Origin: Spirochaetia bacterium
GTDB lineage: Bacteria; Spirochaetota; Spirochaetia; UBA9216
Direction of reading: 5' to 3'
DNA length: 64,000 bases
Assembly: GCA_963677925.2 (NCBI GenBank)
Contig: CAXXYH010000004.1
Location: 2,464,001-2,528,000, forward strand
Under the pieces are notes generated by a model. It was not told the origin of the DNA. It saw only the letters and a program-made list of their open reading frames with translations, and searched no databases. The translations under genes were made by a program, and so were the position numbers. Below are positions 1-11,400 of this stretch, piece by piece (the stretch's first letter is position 1; the number at the start of each line of letters is the position of its first letter).

Positions 1-562
1 CTCTTTCTGTGATTCCGATAACTGTGTAATTTCTATTTCCGATTCTGACCTGCTTTCCAAGAGGCTGTTCAGAGTTGAACAGTTTTGCGGCTATGTCCGG
101 ACGAAGAATACAGACCGGACGTCTGAGTTCAAGATCCTGCTGAATAAAAAGTCTTCCGTCAGAGATTTTAATATCAAAGATATCGAAGTATCCCGGTGAT
201 GAACCGTAGACCATGGTTGTATAGTTTTCTCCCCGGTAAGAGGCCGTAAATCTTTGGTCAAAAATAGAGCCGGAATTCTGTAAACCAGGCAGTGCCTGCA
301 GAAAATAATTGATATCTTTACGGTCCAGCAGGACTCTTCTTTCACCGTTTGCATATGATCGGGAATCGGGCTGAACCCATAGCATAGTTGAGCCATAGCG
401 TCCAATCTCGTTTTCTATGGAATTCCGGAATGCAAGACCTACTACCGATATTGCAATCAGACAGCCGACTCCGAAATTAATTCCAAGAATTGTGAGAAAT
501 GATCGAACCTTATTTCCGCCGATTACTCCGATTGATTCACGAAGCCCTTCGGTAAATTTCAT
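1..562 (-). CDS. MacB/FtsX-family ABC transporter permease (N-terminal part; runs off the window edge)
   Basis: Not in the ORF track. Manual translation from ATG at 562 gives [42 protein letters not shown], a typical MacB permease N-terminus (RSFLTxLGI). Overlaps the ATPase stop (ATGA). Confidence 0.88.
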   Translation of the reverse strand, partial: MKFTEGLRESIGVIGGNKVRSFLTILGINFGVGCLIAISVVGLAFRNSIENEIGRYGSTMLWVQPDSRSYANGERRVLLDRKDINYFLQALPGLQNSGSIFDQRFTASYRGENYTTMVYGSSPGYFDIFDIKISDGRLFIQQDLELRRPVCILRPDIAAKLFNSEQPLGKQVRIGNRNYTVIGITER

Positions 563-1341
563 GATTCGCGGCTCCGGGAATGACTGTCGATTACGTGGCT
601 CAGTTCGGAGTTCTCTGTGTCCGGCATGCTGTTCAGACTGGCAAGAGCATTGCTGGGATTCTTTATTGCTTCATCAGCCTGTATACTTCCATCGCTTAAT
701 CTGATAATTCTATCCCCGTGCATCGCGATATCCATTTCATGGGTAACCATAACAATCGTTGCCCCTTCGGCATGAAGATTCTGAAACAGGGCCATGATGG
801 ACAGTCCGGTTTTTGAGTCAAGATTTCCGGTGGGTTCATCGGCAAATATTATGTCCGGGCTGTTTACAAGAGCCCGGGCTATTGCGACCCGTTGCCGCTG
901 TCCGCCTGACAGCTCATTCGGTTTATGTGACGCACGGTCTGACAGCCCGACGCGTTCCAGCGCCTCATCTGCCTTTGCTTTTCGCTCTGCAGCAGAGTAG
1001 CCGGAATATATCAGGGGAAGTTCAACATTTCTTCTTGCAGATATTCTTGGCAGCAGATTAAATGTCTGAAATACAAAACCGATTCTTCGGTTCCTGACCT
1101 CTGCAAGTTCATTGTCACTGAGTTTTGATACATTGCTGCCGTTAAGAAAATAATCGCCGGAATTCGGCCGGTCAAGGCAGCCTATTATATTCATAAGAGT
1201 GGATTTTCCTGAACCGGAGGCTCCCATTATGCATACGAACTCATGCTCGTTAATTATGAGATTTATATCTTTCAGGGCATGAACATTCATCAATCCCATC
1301 GAATAGGTTTTCTCGATACTTTCAAGTCTTATAATTTCCAA
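559..1341 (-). CDS. MacB/LolD-like ABC transporter ATP-binding protein
   Basis: Walker A GASGSGKS, signature LSGGQRQR, Walker [14 protein letters not shown]-loop VTHE. Confidence 0.95.
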   Translation of the reverse strand: MEIIRLESIEKTYSMGLMNVHALKDINLIINEHEFVCIMGASGSGKSTLMNIIGCLDRPNSGDYFLNGSNVSKLSDNELAEVRNRRIGFVFQTFNLLPRISARRNVELPLIYSGYSAAERKAKADEALERVGLSDRASHKPNELSGGQRQRVAIARALVNSPDIIFADEPTGNLDSKTGLSIMALFQNLHAEGATIVMVTHEMDIAMHGDRIIRLSDGSIQADEAIKNPSNALASLNSMPDTENSELSHVIDSHSRSRES

Positions 1342-1344
1342 TTT

Positions 1345-2622
1345 CTAAACCCCGTCTTTTTTCTCCGGAGCAGCCTGCTTAACTTCCATATCCAGATAAT
1401 TAGCCGCATCTGCTCCGCTGATAATGATATCACCGCTGTTTAGTCCTGAAATTATTTCAACTGTTTCTATATCAAGTATGCCTGTTGTGACTTCTCTTTT
1501 TTCTACCTTATACACATCAGAACCTTCATATTCTGCAACGAGGAGGGCTGCGTAACTCTGTCCTTTATCCATGAAAAAAGCATCAATCGGTATTGAAACA
1601 GCATTATCCTTTTTTTCTACAGTAATAAAAATTGACGCACTTGCACCTATTCTTGCTATATTATCCGGGTTTTCAAGAAGTTCAACTTCAACCTCGCAGA
1701 CTCTGGTGTTGTCAATATTTTTTATAATGGGAGCAATACGGCTTACACGTCCTTTTATTTCACTTCCAATGAAGGAATCGGAGGTGACAGTCACATCCTG
1801 ACCGGTTCTGATGTAAGACAGATCTACTTCATCTACCAGCGCTTTTACTACAAGCAGGTTGAGATCATGAATTACTGCGAACACAGAACCGGGTTCAACA
1901 ACACTGCTGTCTTCAACCGCAAGAGTGGTGATTGTTCCGTCAATTTCAGCTTTTATCCTGTAATATTTAAGGTTTTCGCTGATGTTCTGATAATCAATCG
2001 TGGCTTTTCTGACTTCGGGAGAATCGTTCACTATTGCCTCATCACTTCTGAAAAAGTTTTCCCTCATGTCCGCAAGTGGTCTGCCTTCCCGAAAATTGAC
2101 GCGCTGTCTGGCAGAATCAAGAGCCTGCTCGGCAACAAACAGTTTTTCTTCTGCCATACGGAAGGCTTCATCACTGATTGACCCTATCTTATGCAGCTCA
2201 GAAGAACGCTCATAATCACGTTTTGCCTGATCCCTCCCGGTTAAAGCTGAAGAGTAGGAGGAGCGAAGTGAAAGAAGTTCCCCTCTGACAGACATTCTTG
2301 CGTTTGCAAGAGTATTTTCAGAGATTACAAGATTATTCTCAAGGCTTTCCCTATCAAGACTGAGCAGAATTTCTTCAGCCAGAATATGGTCTCCTTCTTC
2401 AAAATAAACCTGTTCCACAGCGGCAGTAACCGCCGAGAACAGCTGTTTATGATGTTTTGATGAGATTTCTCCGTTAGCGGTTACTTCTCTGAGAAAATCC
2501 GCAGTTTCAACAACCGCGGTTTGTACCTCAGGAAGCCTGGCAGTGTTCTTCTTAATAATGCTCAGGGTTATTATTGCAGCAAGAATAACTGATGCTGCAA
2601 TTATTATGACCTTCTTTTTCAT
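1345..2622 (-). CDS. Efflux periplasmic adaptor (MacA/HlyD-family MFP)
   Basis: N-terminal membrane anchor, lipoyl half-motifs around a coiled coil, VDEVDLSYIRTGQ beta-barrel motif, C-terminal EIISGL..GD. Confidence 0.9.
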   Translation of the reverse strand: MKKKVIIIAASVILAAIITLSIIKKNTARLPEVQTAVVETADFLREVTANGEISSKHHKQLFSAVTAAVEQVYFEEGDHILAEEILLSLDRESLENNLVISENTLANARMSVRGELLSLRSSYSSALTGRDQAKRDYERSSELHKIGSISDEAFRMAEEKLFVAEQALDSARQRVNFREGRPLADMRENFFRSDEAIVNDSPEVRKATIDYQNISENLKYYRIKAEIDGTITTLAVEDSSVVEPGSVFAVIHDLNLLVVKALVDEVDLSYIRTGQDVTVTSDSFIGSEIKGRVSRIAPIIKNIDNTRVCEVEVELLENPDNIARIGASASIFITVEKKDNAVSIPIDAFFMDKGQSYAALLVAEYEGSDVYKVEKREVTTGILDIETVEIISGLNSGDIIISGADAANYLDMEVKQAAPEKKDGV

Positions 2623-4106
2623 TAGTTTTTCTCCATGTCAGGTTCCAGCATTTCAAGCAGATCGAGGCCTGATATTTTATAAATTTCCAGCATCGTTTTG
2701 ATAATTTCAGCACGATTGCTGAATACCGAGAGCTTCGCGTTCTCAAGGTTTATCTGTGTTTCAAATAATTCTTTTCTTGTCGCTGTGCCCAGACTGAATT
2801 CCGCCTCTGTTTTTTCCAGTTCAAATTCAGCTGTCTCTACCTGCAGAATATAGATTTCATCAAGTCTAACGTTTACCCTGATGCTGTCGGTCAGGGCCTG
2901 GAATTCAGCTATTGTGGATTTAATTTGTTCATCAAGCAGATAGCCGGCCCTTTCGGCCTCTGATTCTGCTGCCTTCTGGCCGGAACTGTTCCATTTTCTT
3001 ATTGGAGGTGCAGACATGGAAAGTGTGAAACTCAGAGTATCAGCTGCGTAGTCATTGTCAATACCGTTATCTACTGAGTATTCTGCTGAAGCATTTAGAT
3101 TGAAATGCCTGTCTTTTTTCTCCAATACAGTATTTGATTCTGCGGATGAATAGGTCAGCTTTGCGACTTTTATATCCGGTGATGATTCATGTAGATTCTT
3201 TTCAAGAAGGGCTATTTCAGAATCGTTTATTTCAAGTAAACTGATTTGATCAAGAACCTTATCTGAGGACTCAATGCCGTAGAGGTTTAAAATCTGCTGT
3301 CGAATAAGATTCCGACTTCTTTCTGCTTTAAGCAGGTCGGTCTCTGACTGGAGCATTGCGGCTTTCGCAGAGTTTAGTTGAGATTTTGTCCAATAGCCGA
3401 GTTCAAACTCCCGTTCTATTTTTCTGTACTCCTCCCTGTATCCTTCCAGTCTGCTTTTTATAAGAGTAACCTGGTATCCGGTAATAGACTGATTCAGGTA
3501 GTCATTTGCAGCCTTGATGACAAGCAGATTCCGGTTATTAAGGTATCCGGCTTCAGATATCTTAAAGCTGTTTGAGACAAGTGTTTCTGATGCCTTATAG
3601 ATATTATCGGTTGTGAGCGGCTGGGTGAAACTCAGTCCCAAATCCAGTGAGTTTATATATTCACCGTCAGATTGAGGATAGGATGGATAGGTTGATTCTT
3701 CTATACCGCTATATGATATCGAATCTGATACAGAGCCGCTGAGTGTTCCTGAGCTGGGCAGGAGCTGAGAGAAGCTGATTTCAGGGCCTGCATAGTAGGT
3801 ATAATTATTTTTGATTTCTATGCCTTCAGCGTAGCGGGTGTTAAAGTTGTCGCTTCCACCGCCTGTCAGATTAAAATTCAGCTCAGGAAATACAGAAGAT
3901 TTTGAGTTTTTATATTCAAAGTCAGATCGGTTTAAATATTCCTGGTTGGCAGCATAGGCTGGATGATTTTTCACCATAGCTTTCAGAAATGCAGATAGTC
4001 CGGGTATATTTTCCAAAATATCAGTCTGAGTCTGGAAATCTCCGGTTTCTGAATATACCGGGAGAGTTAGAATAAATAACGATAAAAGAATTAATATTTT
4101 TTTCAT
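2622..4106 (-). CDS. TolC-family outer membrane efflux protein
   Basis: Signal peptide, duplicated helical/beta repeats typical of TolC, and position in an MFP-ABC operon. Confidence 0.8.
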   Translation of the reverse strand: MKKILILLSLFILTLPVYSETGDFQTQTDILENIPGLSAFLKAMVKNHPAYAANQEYLNRSDFEYKNSKSSVFPELNFNLTGGGSDNFNTRYAEGIEIKNNYTYYAGPEISFSQLLPSSGTLSGSVSDSISYSGIEESTYPSYPQSDGEYINSLDLGLSFTQPLTTDNIYKASETLVSNSFKISEAGYLNNRNLLVIKAANDYLNQSITGYQVTLIKSRLEGYREEYRKIEREFELGYWTKSQLNSAKAAMLQSETDLLKAERSRNLIRQQILNLYGIESSDKVLDQISLLEINDSEIALLEKNLHESSPDIKVAKLTYSSAESNTVLEKKDRHFNLNASAEYSVDNGIDNDYAADTLSFTLSMSAPPIRKWNSSGQKAAESEAERAGYLLDEQIKSTIAEFQALTDSIRVNVRLDEIYILQVETAEFELEKTEAEFSLGTATRKELFETQINLENAKLSVFSNRAEIIKTMLEIYKISGLDLLEMLEPDMEKN

Positions 4107-4115
4107 TGTTTACCT

Positions 4116-4877
4116 TTAAAACAGGCTTGTTAAAGCCAGACCTACCGCAATGAGCAGAACCGCCATAATGATGGTAATCGGCAGGGTTTTTCGATGTTCA
4201 ATTCCGCAGGAATATCTTAAGCCTGCATATACAAATCCGTAGTAAAGCCAGTTAAAAATATCCGTCAGTGTATCAACAAGATATATGAGTGCGGTTCCTG
4301 TTTTCCCGGGAGAAAAGAGCACTGCAAGGCTTATCTGTGAGCTCAATGCATATTGAAGATCGGCGGTTGTCATTACTCCGGCAAGAACCCTTTCATAGTC
4401 AGTTACAAGAGTGATGATATTCTTGATCAGCATCTGAGCAATGCTGATCACTGATACAAAGACTATGATTTTAAACAGGTGACCGAATTTAGGTTTTTCT
4501 CTGAAAATAAGTGTAAGAATTTTTAAAAGCACCACTGTTAAAAGTATGGTAAGCAGGTAAGCTATTGAACCTCCAATCGTTGTTGATATCAGGCTGATAG
4601 TTTTAGTTGCGGGAGAGTTGAGGCTTTGGCTTACCTGTTCTTTCTGTGAGTCGCTCATAACACCGCCGCGCTCCTCAAGAACCTTGAGCTGAACTCTTAC
4701 CATAGCATCTGAATAGGCTTTACTGTTTAGTATCGGGATAAGCAGGGTAGATACAATAAGTGCAAAAATAATAATGATGAATACCGGAAGCAGAATTTTA
4801 GTTTTATCATTAACTTTACTGAAACCTGATTCCGGAGATGTGAAAATGCTGAACCAAAGAGAAATAGTGTTTTTCAT
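4116..4877 (-). CDS. Yip1-domain membrane protein (YknW-like accessory protein)
   Basis: IFTSPESGFSKV N-terminal motif and about 5 TM segments; first gene of a MacAB-type operon. Confidence 0.75.
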   Translation of the reverse strand: MKNTISLWFSIFTSPESGFSKVNDKTKILLPVFIIIIFALIVSTLLIPILNSKAYSDAMVRVQLKVLEERGGVMSDSQKEQVSQSLNSPATKTISLISTTIGGSIAYLLTILLTVVLLKILTLIFREKPKFGHLFKIIVFVSVISIAQMLIKNIITLVTDYERVLAGVMTTADLQYALSSQISLAVLFSPGKTGTALIYLVDTLTDIFNWLYYGFVYAGLRYSCGIEHRKTLPITIIMAVLLIAVGLALTSLF

Positions 4878-4945
4878 TTTTTACCTTCCTGAATATTTAC
4901 TTTCAATTATTAAACACAGTATATCACAAAAAATATTCAAAAAAA

Positions 4946-4975
4946 ATTAGTGTACTAAACATATAGTACACTAAT
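4946..4975. promoter_or_regulatory. Perfect 12-bp-arm inverted repeat; probable GntR/YtrA-type operator
   Basis: ATTAGTGTACTA-AACATA-TAGTACACTAAT about 70 bp upstream of the ABC export operon. Confidence 0.65.
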
Positions 4976-5011
4976 AAGGTAAAACGTATTCCTCTTTATG
5001 TCAACCGGAAT

Positions 5012-5359
5012 CTACACGGTTATAATTTCATATCCCTTATTCTGGTAATCCAGGATTGAAGGGTGGCCGTACAGTGAAGATTCCAGAGTATAACCGTGCT
5101 GTTTTGCATATTCCAGAGTTCCCATCTTGTTTGCACATGCCTGACACACTGAAATCAGTTCTGTATTTTCTTTAAGCCTGCTGTAAATTTTAAGAAAAGG
5201 GTTGCTCTCAGAATCCAGGGCCGGGAGCAGAGATGTTGAGCGCCCTTCGATTATAATCTTTACTTCATATCCTTCCGAAAGCATTTGTTCCGCATTGAAA
5301 AGAATATGAGCGAAACACATAAGCTCACCTGTAAATCCGAAAAATGCTATTTTTTTCAA
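5012..5359 (-). CDS. DsrE-family small protein
   Basis: MCFAHILFNA, VKIIIEG, VCQACANKMG and GYEIITV motifs; TTG start with GGAGG RBS. Confidence 0.75.
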   Translation of the reverse strand: MKKIAFFGFTGELMCFAHILFNAEQMLSEGYEVKIIIEGRSTSLLPALDSESNPFLKIYSRLKENTELISVCQACANKMGTLEYAKQHGYTLESSLYGHPSILDYQNKGYEIITV

Positions 5360-5488
5360 ATGAAACCTCCATAAAAGTTAAAAGAATGTAATAAAATTTG
5401 AACTATCCGTTATTATAGCATAATTCTATTGAAATATAGAATTCTGAGTTGTATAATAAAGCACCGTACAGACAAAGGGGATATCATA

Positions 5489-5953
5489 ATGAAGATTGAC
5501 AAACTTGATACCGAGATTATCAAGCTTCTGCAGAAAGACGGCAGAATGAAAAGTAAAACCATGAGTAAGATTCTCGGTGTTTCTGAGACTACTATCCGTA
5601 ACAGGCTTGGAAAACTTCTTGAAGAAGATGTGATTCAGATAGTTGCGGTTGCTGACCCTCATAAGATAGGTTATGAGATAGTAGGTAGTTTCAAACTGCA
5701 GGTTGATCCAATAAAAATTGAAAATGTAATAAGTGAGCTGGGGAAAATTGAAGAAATCTGGTATATCGCAAAAGCGACTGGCAGTGTAGATATTGTCACT
5801 GAATTTAATGTGAAATCAATGAATGCTCTCAACGACCTTATTTATAACAGACTGGTTAAAATTGACGGAATAACAAAAACCGAGACATCAATAATTATGA
5901 ATTATGAAAAACGTGATTATGCATGGGGTACCGGTATTTCAATTCCTGAATAG
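5489..5953 (+). CDS. Lrp/AsnC-family transcriptional regulator
   Basis: DKLDTEIIKLLQKDGR..LGVSETTIRNRL HTH plus RAM domain; start moved to ATG 5489 behind a GGGG RBS. Confidence 0.92.
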   Translation: MKIDKLDTEIIKLLQKDGRMKSKTMSKILGVSETTIRNRLGKLLEEDVIQIVAVADPHKIGYEIVGSFKLQVDPIKIENVISELGKIEEIWYIAKATGSVDIVTEFNVKSMNALNDLIYNRLVKIDGITKTETSIIMNYEKRDYAWGTGISIPE

Positions 5954-5985
5954 TCTGTATTCCAGTAAAAATGAATATCTATTAG

Positions 5986-6015
5986 AAAAATGCGGCCTTG
6001 GAGGTCGCATTTTTT
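5986..6015 (+). terminator. Rho-independent terminator
   Basis: AAAAATGCGGCCT-TGG-AGGTCGCATTTTTT hairpin with T-tract. Confidence 0.8.
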
Positions 6016-6120
6016 GAATTTATACAATTTTACATATTTAACATTTGTTTTACCTACCATTAACCGCATAAAATTAAGCAGGTAATAGATTATATACAGA
6101 CCGATTTACAGGAGTATAAG

Positions 6121-7419
6121 ATGAAAAGAAGTCTTTTAACTGGACTCATTTTATTTTGTGTATTTTTCATTCAAACGGTCTCGGCAGAGGAGAGAACTAT
6201 TTCAATAGAAGAATCACTGACCCTCGCGCTTGAGAACAATGCCGATTTGATTGATGCATCAATATCACTTGAAAGCTCAAAAAGAGCTGAAAGATACAGC
6301 TGGAATAATTACCTGCCTGCGCTTACCGCATCACTCAGACTGGCCGGTAATGCGGCATCAGAGAGTTTATCAACCACCTTAACCCCGGGTTTTTCATTAA
6401 GTTATTCTCTAAACCCGGGAATTGCTCAAACCATTTTGCAGCTGCAGCTTGCAGTCGAAAAAGAAGAGATAAGTTTTGAAAGTGCAAGGATCAGCCTGAT
6501 AATGAGTGTTGAAACAGAATTCTATTATCTATTGACAGCTGAGAGCAATCTTGAAATTGAAAAAAACAACATTGAACTGGCTAAAAAGCAGTTTGAACAG
6601 ACAACTGCAAAATATAACAGCGGGATGGCTTCTGAGCTCCAGGTTCTGCAGGCTCGTGTAAATGTTGAAAACCTTAAGCCCTCATACAGTTCCCTGGTTT
6701 CAAGTTACAATAACCGGTTGAAGGAGTTTTTGCTTGTTCTGGGCCTTGATCCACAGGAAGATGTAAAACTTTCCGGAAGTCTTGAGTTTGAAGATATTGT
6801 TCCCGATTCTGAAGCTCTTATAAGCGAATATCTTATGAACCGGACAGATATAAGGACCAATCAGAAAAACCTTGAAGTTCTGAACAGTAATTTAAAGCTT
6901 GCAAATGCTAACGGATTTTCGCCGACCTTTTCATTATCAGCTTCATGGAGTGATGCCGTTTCTGATCCGTTTTCCGGTGATACATGGAGCAGCCGCAGTT
7001 ACGGCGGAAGCACCTCTGTAAGTCTGGGTGTAAGCCTCGGACTTGATGATTTTATTCCGGGTTCATCAACAAAGGTTAATATAGAAGAGATTAAGGATTC
7101 AATAAGTCAGGCTGAACTTGCTTTGAGCAGTCTTGTTCAGGAGGCTGAGCTTGAAGTTTTAAATCTTATCGATTCAATTAATACTGATAAGGAAAATGTT
7201 GAGTTATCCAAACTGAATCTGGAGCTTGCACAGAAATCATACGATATGACAGCAAGAAGTTTCGAGCGAGGAACCACAGATCGAATTACACTTGATGATT
7301 CCCAGCAGGATCTGCTTACAGCTCAGCAGAACCTTATCGAAAGCAGATATGAATACCTTGCAGATCTTATAAGCCTGAGCGGTGCGCTTGGTCTTGATTC
7401 TATAGAATATCTAAAGTAA
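6121..7419 (+). CDS. TolC-family outer membrane efflux protein
   Basis: Signal peptide, LALENNADL and YNSGMASELQVLQA TolC repeats; first gene of the RND operon. Confidence 0.9.
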   Translation: MKRSLLTGLILFCVFFIQTVSAEERTISIEESLTLALENNADLIDASISLESSKRAERYSWNNYLPALTASLRLAGNAASESLSTTLTPGFSLSYSLNPGIAQTILQLQLAVEKEEISFESARISLIMSVETEFYYLLTAESNLEIEKNNIELAKKQFEQTTAKYNSGMASELQVLQARVNVENLKPSYSSLVSSYNNRLKEFLLVLGLDPQEDVKLSGSLEFEDIVPDSEALISEYLMNRTDIRTNQKNLEVLNSNLKLANANGFSPTFSLSASWSDAVSDPFSGDTWSSRSYGGSTSVSLGVSLGLDDFIPGSSTKVNIEEIKDSISQAELALSSLVQEAELEVLNLIDSINTDKENVELSKLNLELAQKSYDMTARSFERGTTDRITLDDSQQDLLTAQQNLIESRYEYLADLISLSGALGLDSIEYLK

Positions 7420-7445
7420 CCAGTTAGCTGGATAAGGAGAAATTT

Positions 7446-8453
7446 ATGGCTAAGAATGTTGCAGAGAGGATAATACAGATTGTTCTTCTGTTGATAATAG
7501 CCGCCGGATTCGGCGGAATCATTTATACATTAGGCGGCTCAGGAAGCAGTGCCGGCGGACCCCCGGGAGGAATGCCGGGAGCTTCAGGCGGTGCTGCGTC
7601 CGGAATGCCTGCCGCATTTGGAGGCAGTTCTTCAAATGCCGCAGCTGCAACCGTTGCAGTTGAGGCTGAGGTTTCCGAACTTGGAGATGTTAACCAGTTC
7701 ATACGTGTGAACGGAGATGTAGTCAGCGATGTATCGGTTGATATTTATCCTGATGTTTCCGGTAAACTGATTGAGAGGAAAGTTCAGCTTGGAAGTTATG
7801 TCAAGAAGGGTGATATAATAGCGGTTGTTGATCCTTCTACACCGGGAGTTGTTTACAGTAAGAGCAGTGTTGTCTCTACTATAAGCGGTACTGTAACCGC
7901 GGTTAATGCCACTGTCGGTGATACAGTGAGTACAGGCAGTTCAATCGCCGAGGTCGGTGATCTTTCAAATCTTTCGCTTGTGACCTATGTACCTGAAAGA
8001 TATATAAGTTACCTTAAAACAGGTTTGACTGCAGAAGTAACATTTGAAGCCTTCGAAGATCGGGTTTTTCAGGCACGGGTTGTTCAGCTGAATCCTGTTG
8101 TAGATACAAGTTCACGTTCACTTGAAATTAAGCTTGAAATACTCAACCCTGACAGTGGAATACGGGCCGGAATGTTTGCCTCAATGAAGCTGATCACCCG
8201 GGAGAGTACGAACTGTATTTCAGTGCTTAACACCGCCCTTTCTTCCTATTACGAAGATACAGTAGTTTTTGTTCTTAATGATGACGACACCGTTGAACGC
8301 AGAGTCGTAACGACAGGGCTGGTTTCCGATTCCAGAACTGAAATTACCAGCGGTCTTGAAGAAGGTGAAATTGTTATTACCCAGGGAACATCATCGCTTA
8401 CGGACGGAACAGCAGTAAGGGTGGTTAATGAGCTTGAAAGCCGGGAGGGCTAA
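7446..8453 (+). CDS. RND efflux periplasmic adaptor subunit
   Basis: TM anchor, Gly-rich linker, lipoyl motifs, NPVVDTSSRS, RAGMFA; alpha-hairpin is very short. Confidence 0.9.
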   Translation: MAKNVAERIIQIVLLLIIAAGFGGIIYTLGGSGSSAGGPPGGMPGASGGAASGMPAAFGGSSSNAAAATVAVEAEVSELGDVNQFIRVNGDVVSDVSVDIYPDVSGKLIERKVQLGSYVKKGDIIAVVDPSTPGVVYSKSSVVSTISGTVTAVNATVGDTVSTGSSIAEVGDLSNLSLVTYVPERYISYLKTGLTAEVTFEAFEDRVFQARVVQLNPVVDTSSRSLEIKLEILNPDSGIRAGMFASMKLITRESTNCISVLNTALSSYYEDTVVFVLNDDDTVERRVVTTGLVSDSRTEITSGLEEGEIVITQGTSSLTDGTAVRVVNELESREG

Positions 8454-11400
8454 ATGAATATTACTGATTTATCGGTAAAAAGGCCTGTTACTATTCTTGT
8501 CGTAACACTTTTACTTGTCGGGCTGGCTGTATTCATGGTGCCGAGCCTTGCAGTTGAAATGTTCCCGGATACGGACATGCCTGTAATTATGATAAGAACC
8601 ACTTATTCGGGAGCCAGCCCTGAGGAGGTCGAGGAAAGTGTAACCTCGCTCCTTGAGCAGCAGCTTTCGAATGTAAGCGGAATTGAAAATATAACTTCTA
8701 CTTCCAGCGAGGGAAGCAGTTCGATCAGTCTTGAGTTTGGATATGATATAGATCTTGATGATGCGACAAACGACATACGTGATTCACTCGAGCGTGTCAC
8801 TTCCGCTCTTCCGGACGGGTCCGGTTCTCCGCAGATTATGAAGTTCAGCGCATCCAATATGCCTATACTCAGGCTGATTGTTACCGGAAATGAAACTGCC
8901 GACACACTGACGGCCCTTGCAGAGGACACAATACAGCCACGGCTTGAACGAATAGTCGGAGTTGCCTCTGCAGAGGTGAGTGGTGGTGAAACAAAGGAAG
9001 TGAAGGTTGATGTCTCACTGAACAGGCTTCAGGCCTACGGAATATCGCTATCATCAGTAAGAACCGCTTTGGCGAACCAGGATGTACTGTTAAGTGCTGG
9101 CGATCTTACTAAAGACGGTATGGAATATACCCTGAGGTTTAATGAAACCTTTGAAACCCTTGATGATATGAGACGTACCGTCATTACTAATATTTCAACC
9201 CAGGATTCAACAGGGTCTGTCAACAGATCGAATGTTGTCCGTCTTGAAGACATTGCTGATGTCTACATGGGTACGGAAGATTCAAGCAGAAGAGTATACA
9301 TAAACGGTACATCATCTGTTTCGATCCGTGTAATGAACGAGACTGATACAAATACTGTTCAGATAGCGGAGGCCGTACGTGCCGAGCTGCCGTCAATAAA
9401 CGCGGATCTGCCGACCGGGGTAAAACTTCAGATTCTGTATGACCAGACCACAATGATTTCAAGCCTGCTTAACCAGGTATACCAGAACGCTATTCAGGGC
9501 GGTATTCTGGCCATGATTATTCTGCTGCTGTTTCTTAGAAATATAAAAACTACCCTGGTAATCGGTGTTTCGATCCCTGTGTCACTGTTTATTACCCTTG
9601 GGGCAATGTATTTCTTTGATCTTACTCTGAACATGATTTCATTGACAGGTCTTATAATGGGACTTGGAATGATAGTTGATAATTCGATTGTTATTCTGGA
9701 AAATATTTACAAGTACCGGGAAAGGGGTGCAAAGCTGAAGCCCTCGGCCATCCTCGGTTCAAGAGAGATGGTTACTGCGATTACTGCATCAACACTTACT
9801 ACAATATGTGTATTTATCCCGATGATAATATGGAAAGATGATCTTGAAATGCTTGGTCAGATGTTCCAGGATATGATTTTTACCATAGTAATATCACTTA
9901 TATCCTCACTGCTTGTAGCGCTTATGCTTGTTCCGGCTTTGAGCAGTCATTACATAAAGATATATTCCAAGAAGCAGAAGCCGCTTAAGAATAAGCTTAT
10001 AATTGCTTTTGACAACACATTCGAGAAGGGATTTCTTGCTGTTGAAAATGCATATACAAAGGCGCTTGATTTCACACTTAGAAACAGAGCTCTTGTTCTG
10101 ACTTTTGTATCGGTTCTGCTGATTGTCTCGGTGGCAAAATTTACAACAATGGGAATAGCCTTTCAGCCTTCATCAAATACTGATGACTCTGTTACTGTAT
10201 CTCTTACAATGCCTATAGGTACTTCAATTGACAGAACAGAGACTGTTCTTATGGATATGAAAGATATCATTGAAGAAGAGATTGAAGGCTACGAAAATAT
10301 TATAGTCACAGCCGGTTCAGGCGGCGGTTTCGGATCATCAAGTTCATATAAGGGTAATATTGAAATTACTCTGCCTGATGTCGATGAACAGATTGATAAT
10401 CCAACATCGATAAAACAGAAGTTGAGACCATATCTCAATGAAGTTCCTGATGCGACTTTCGAGTTTTCTTCAGGAAGACGCTTCGGCGGTTCAAGCGATC
10501 CTATTGATATTGAAATAATATCAAGTGACCTGACTCTTGCCGGAAACACAGCTACTGAAATAAGAGATCTGATACGTGAACTTCCGCAGATTGTAGACCC
10601 GGTGTCTTCTCTTGAAAACGGAGCTCCTGAATACCGGATTGTAGTCGATAAAGATAGAGCTGCAGCAATGGGGCTTACTGTAACATCAGTCGCTTCAGCG
10701 GTTAACTACATGGTGGATGGTTCATCTCCTGTTACCTTCTGGGAGGACGGTGAAGAGCTTGATGTAATGGTTCAGCTGCAGGATTCAGATCGCGACAGCA
10801 TGTCCGATCTGGAATCGCTTACTATAGTGACATCAAGCGGTGAAGAAATACCTCTGTCAAATATTGCCTCTTTTGTACTTACTGTCGGACCGGAGGATAT
10901 CGATCGTGAAAATGAAAAGAGGGTTGTACATGTAACATCGGATATTGCCAGCGGTTTAACAGCGACTGAGGTTCTTGCACAGGTAGAAGACTACATTGAT
11001 TCATCCTATGTTGTTCCAGACGGAGTCTCAATCTCCTTCGGAGGTGAATCTGAAGATATATCAAGAATGGGAGGACCGCTCATTATTGTGTTGATAGTTG
11101 CCGTAATCCTTGTTTTTGGAGTAATGGCAAGTTTATTTGAATCATTTGTCGATCCCTTTATAATATTCTTCTCCATTCCGCTGATGATAATCGGTGTAGT
11201 AGGTATTTATACTTTAATGGGTGAGACATTCAGCATGTTCTCGGCAGTCGGAATGGTTGCTCTGGTCGGAATTGTAGTAAACAACGGTATTGTTCTTGTA
11301 GACTATATGAATCTTCTGCGAAACAAGGGCATTCCTTTGATGGAGGCCTGTCACGAAGCCGCCAGAAGCAGATTGAGGCCTGTTCTAATGACCACACTCA

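Noticed and set aside
7535-7650. GC-rich repetitive stretch in the RND adaptor gene
   Set aside because: It encodes a Gly/Ser/Ala/Pro low-complexity linker; it is not a DNA repeat element.
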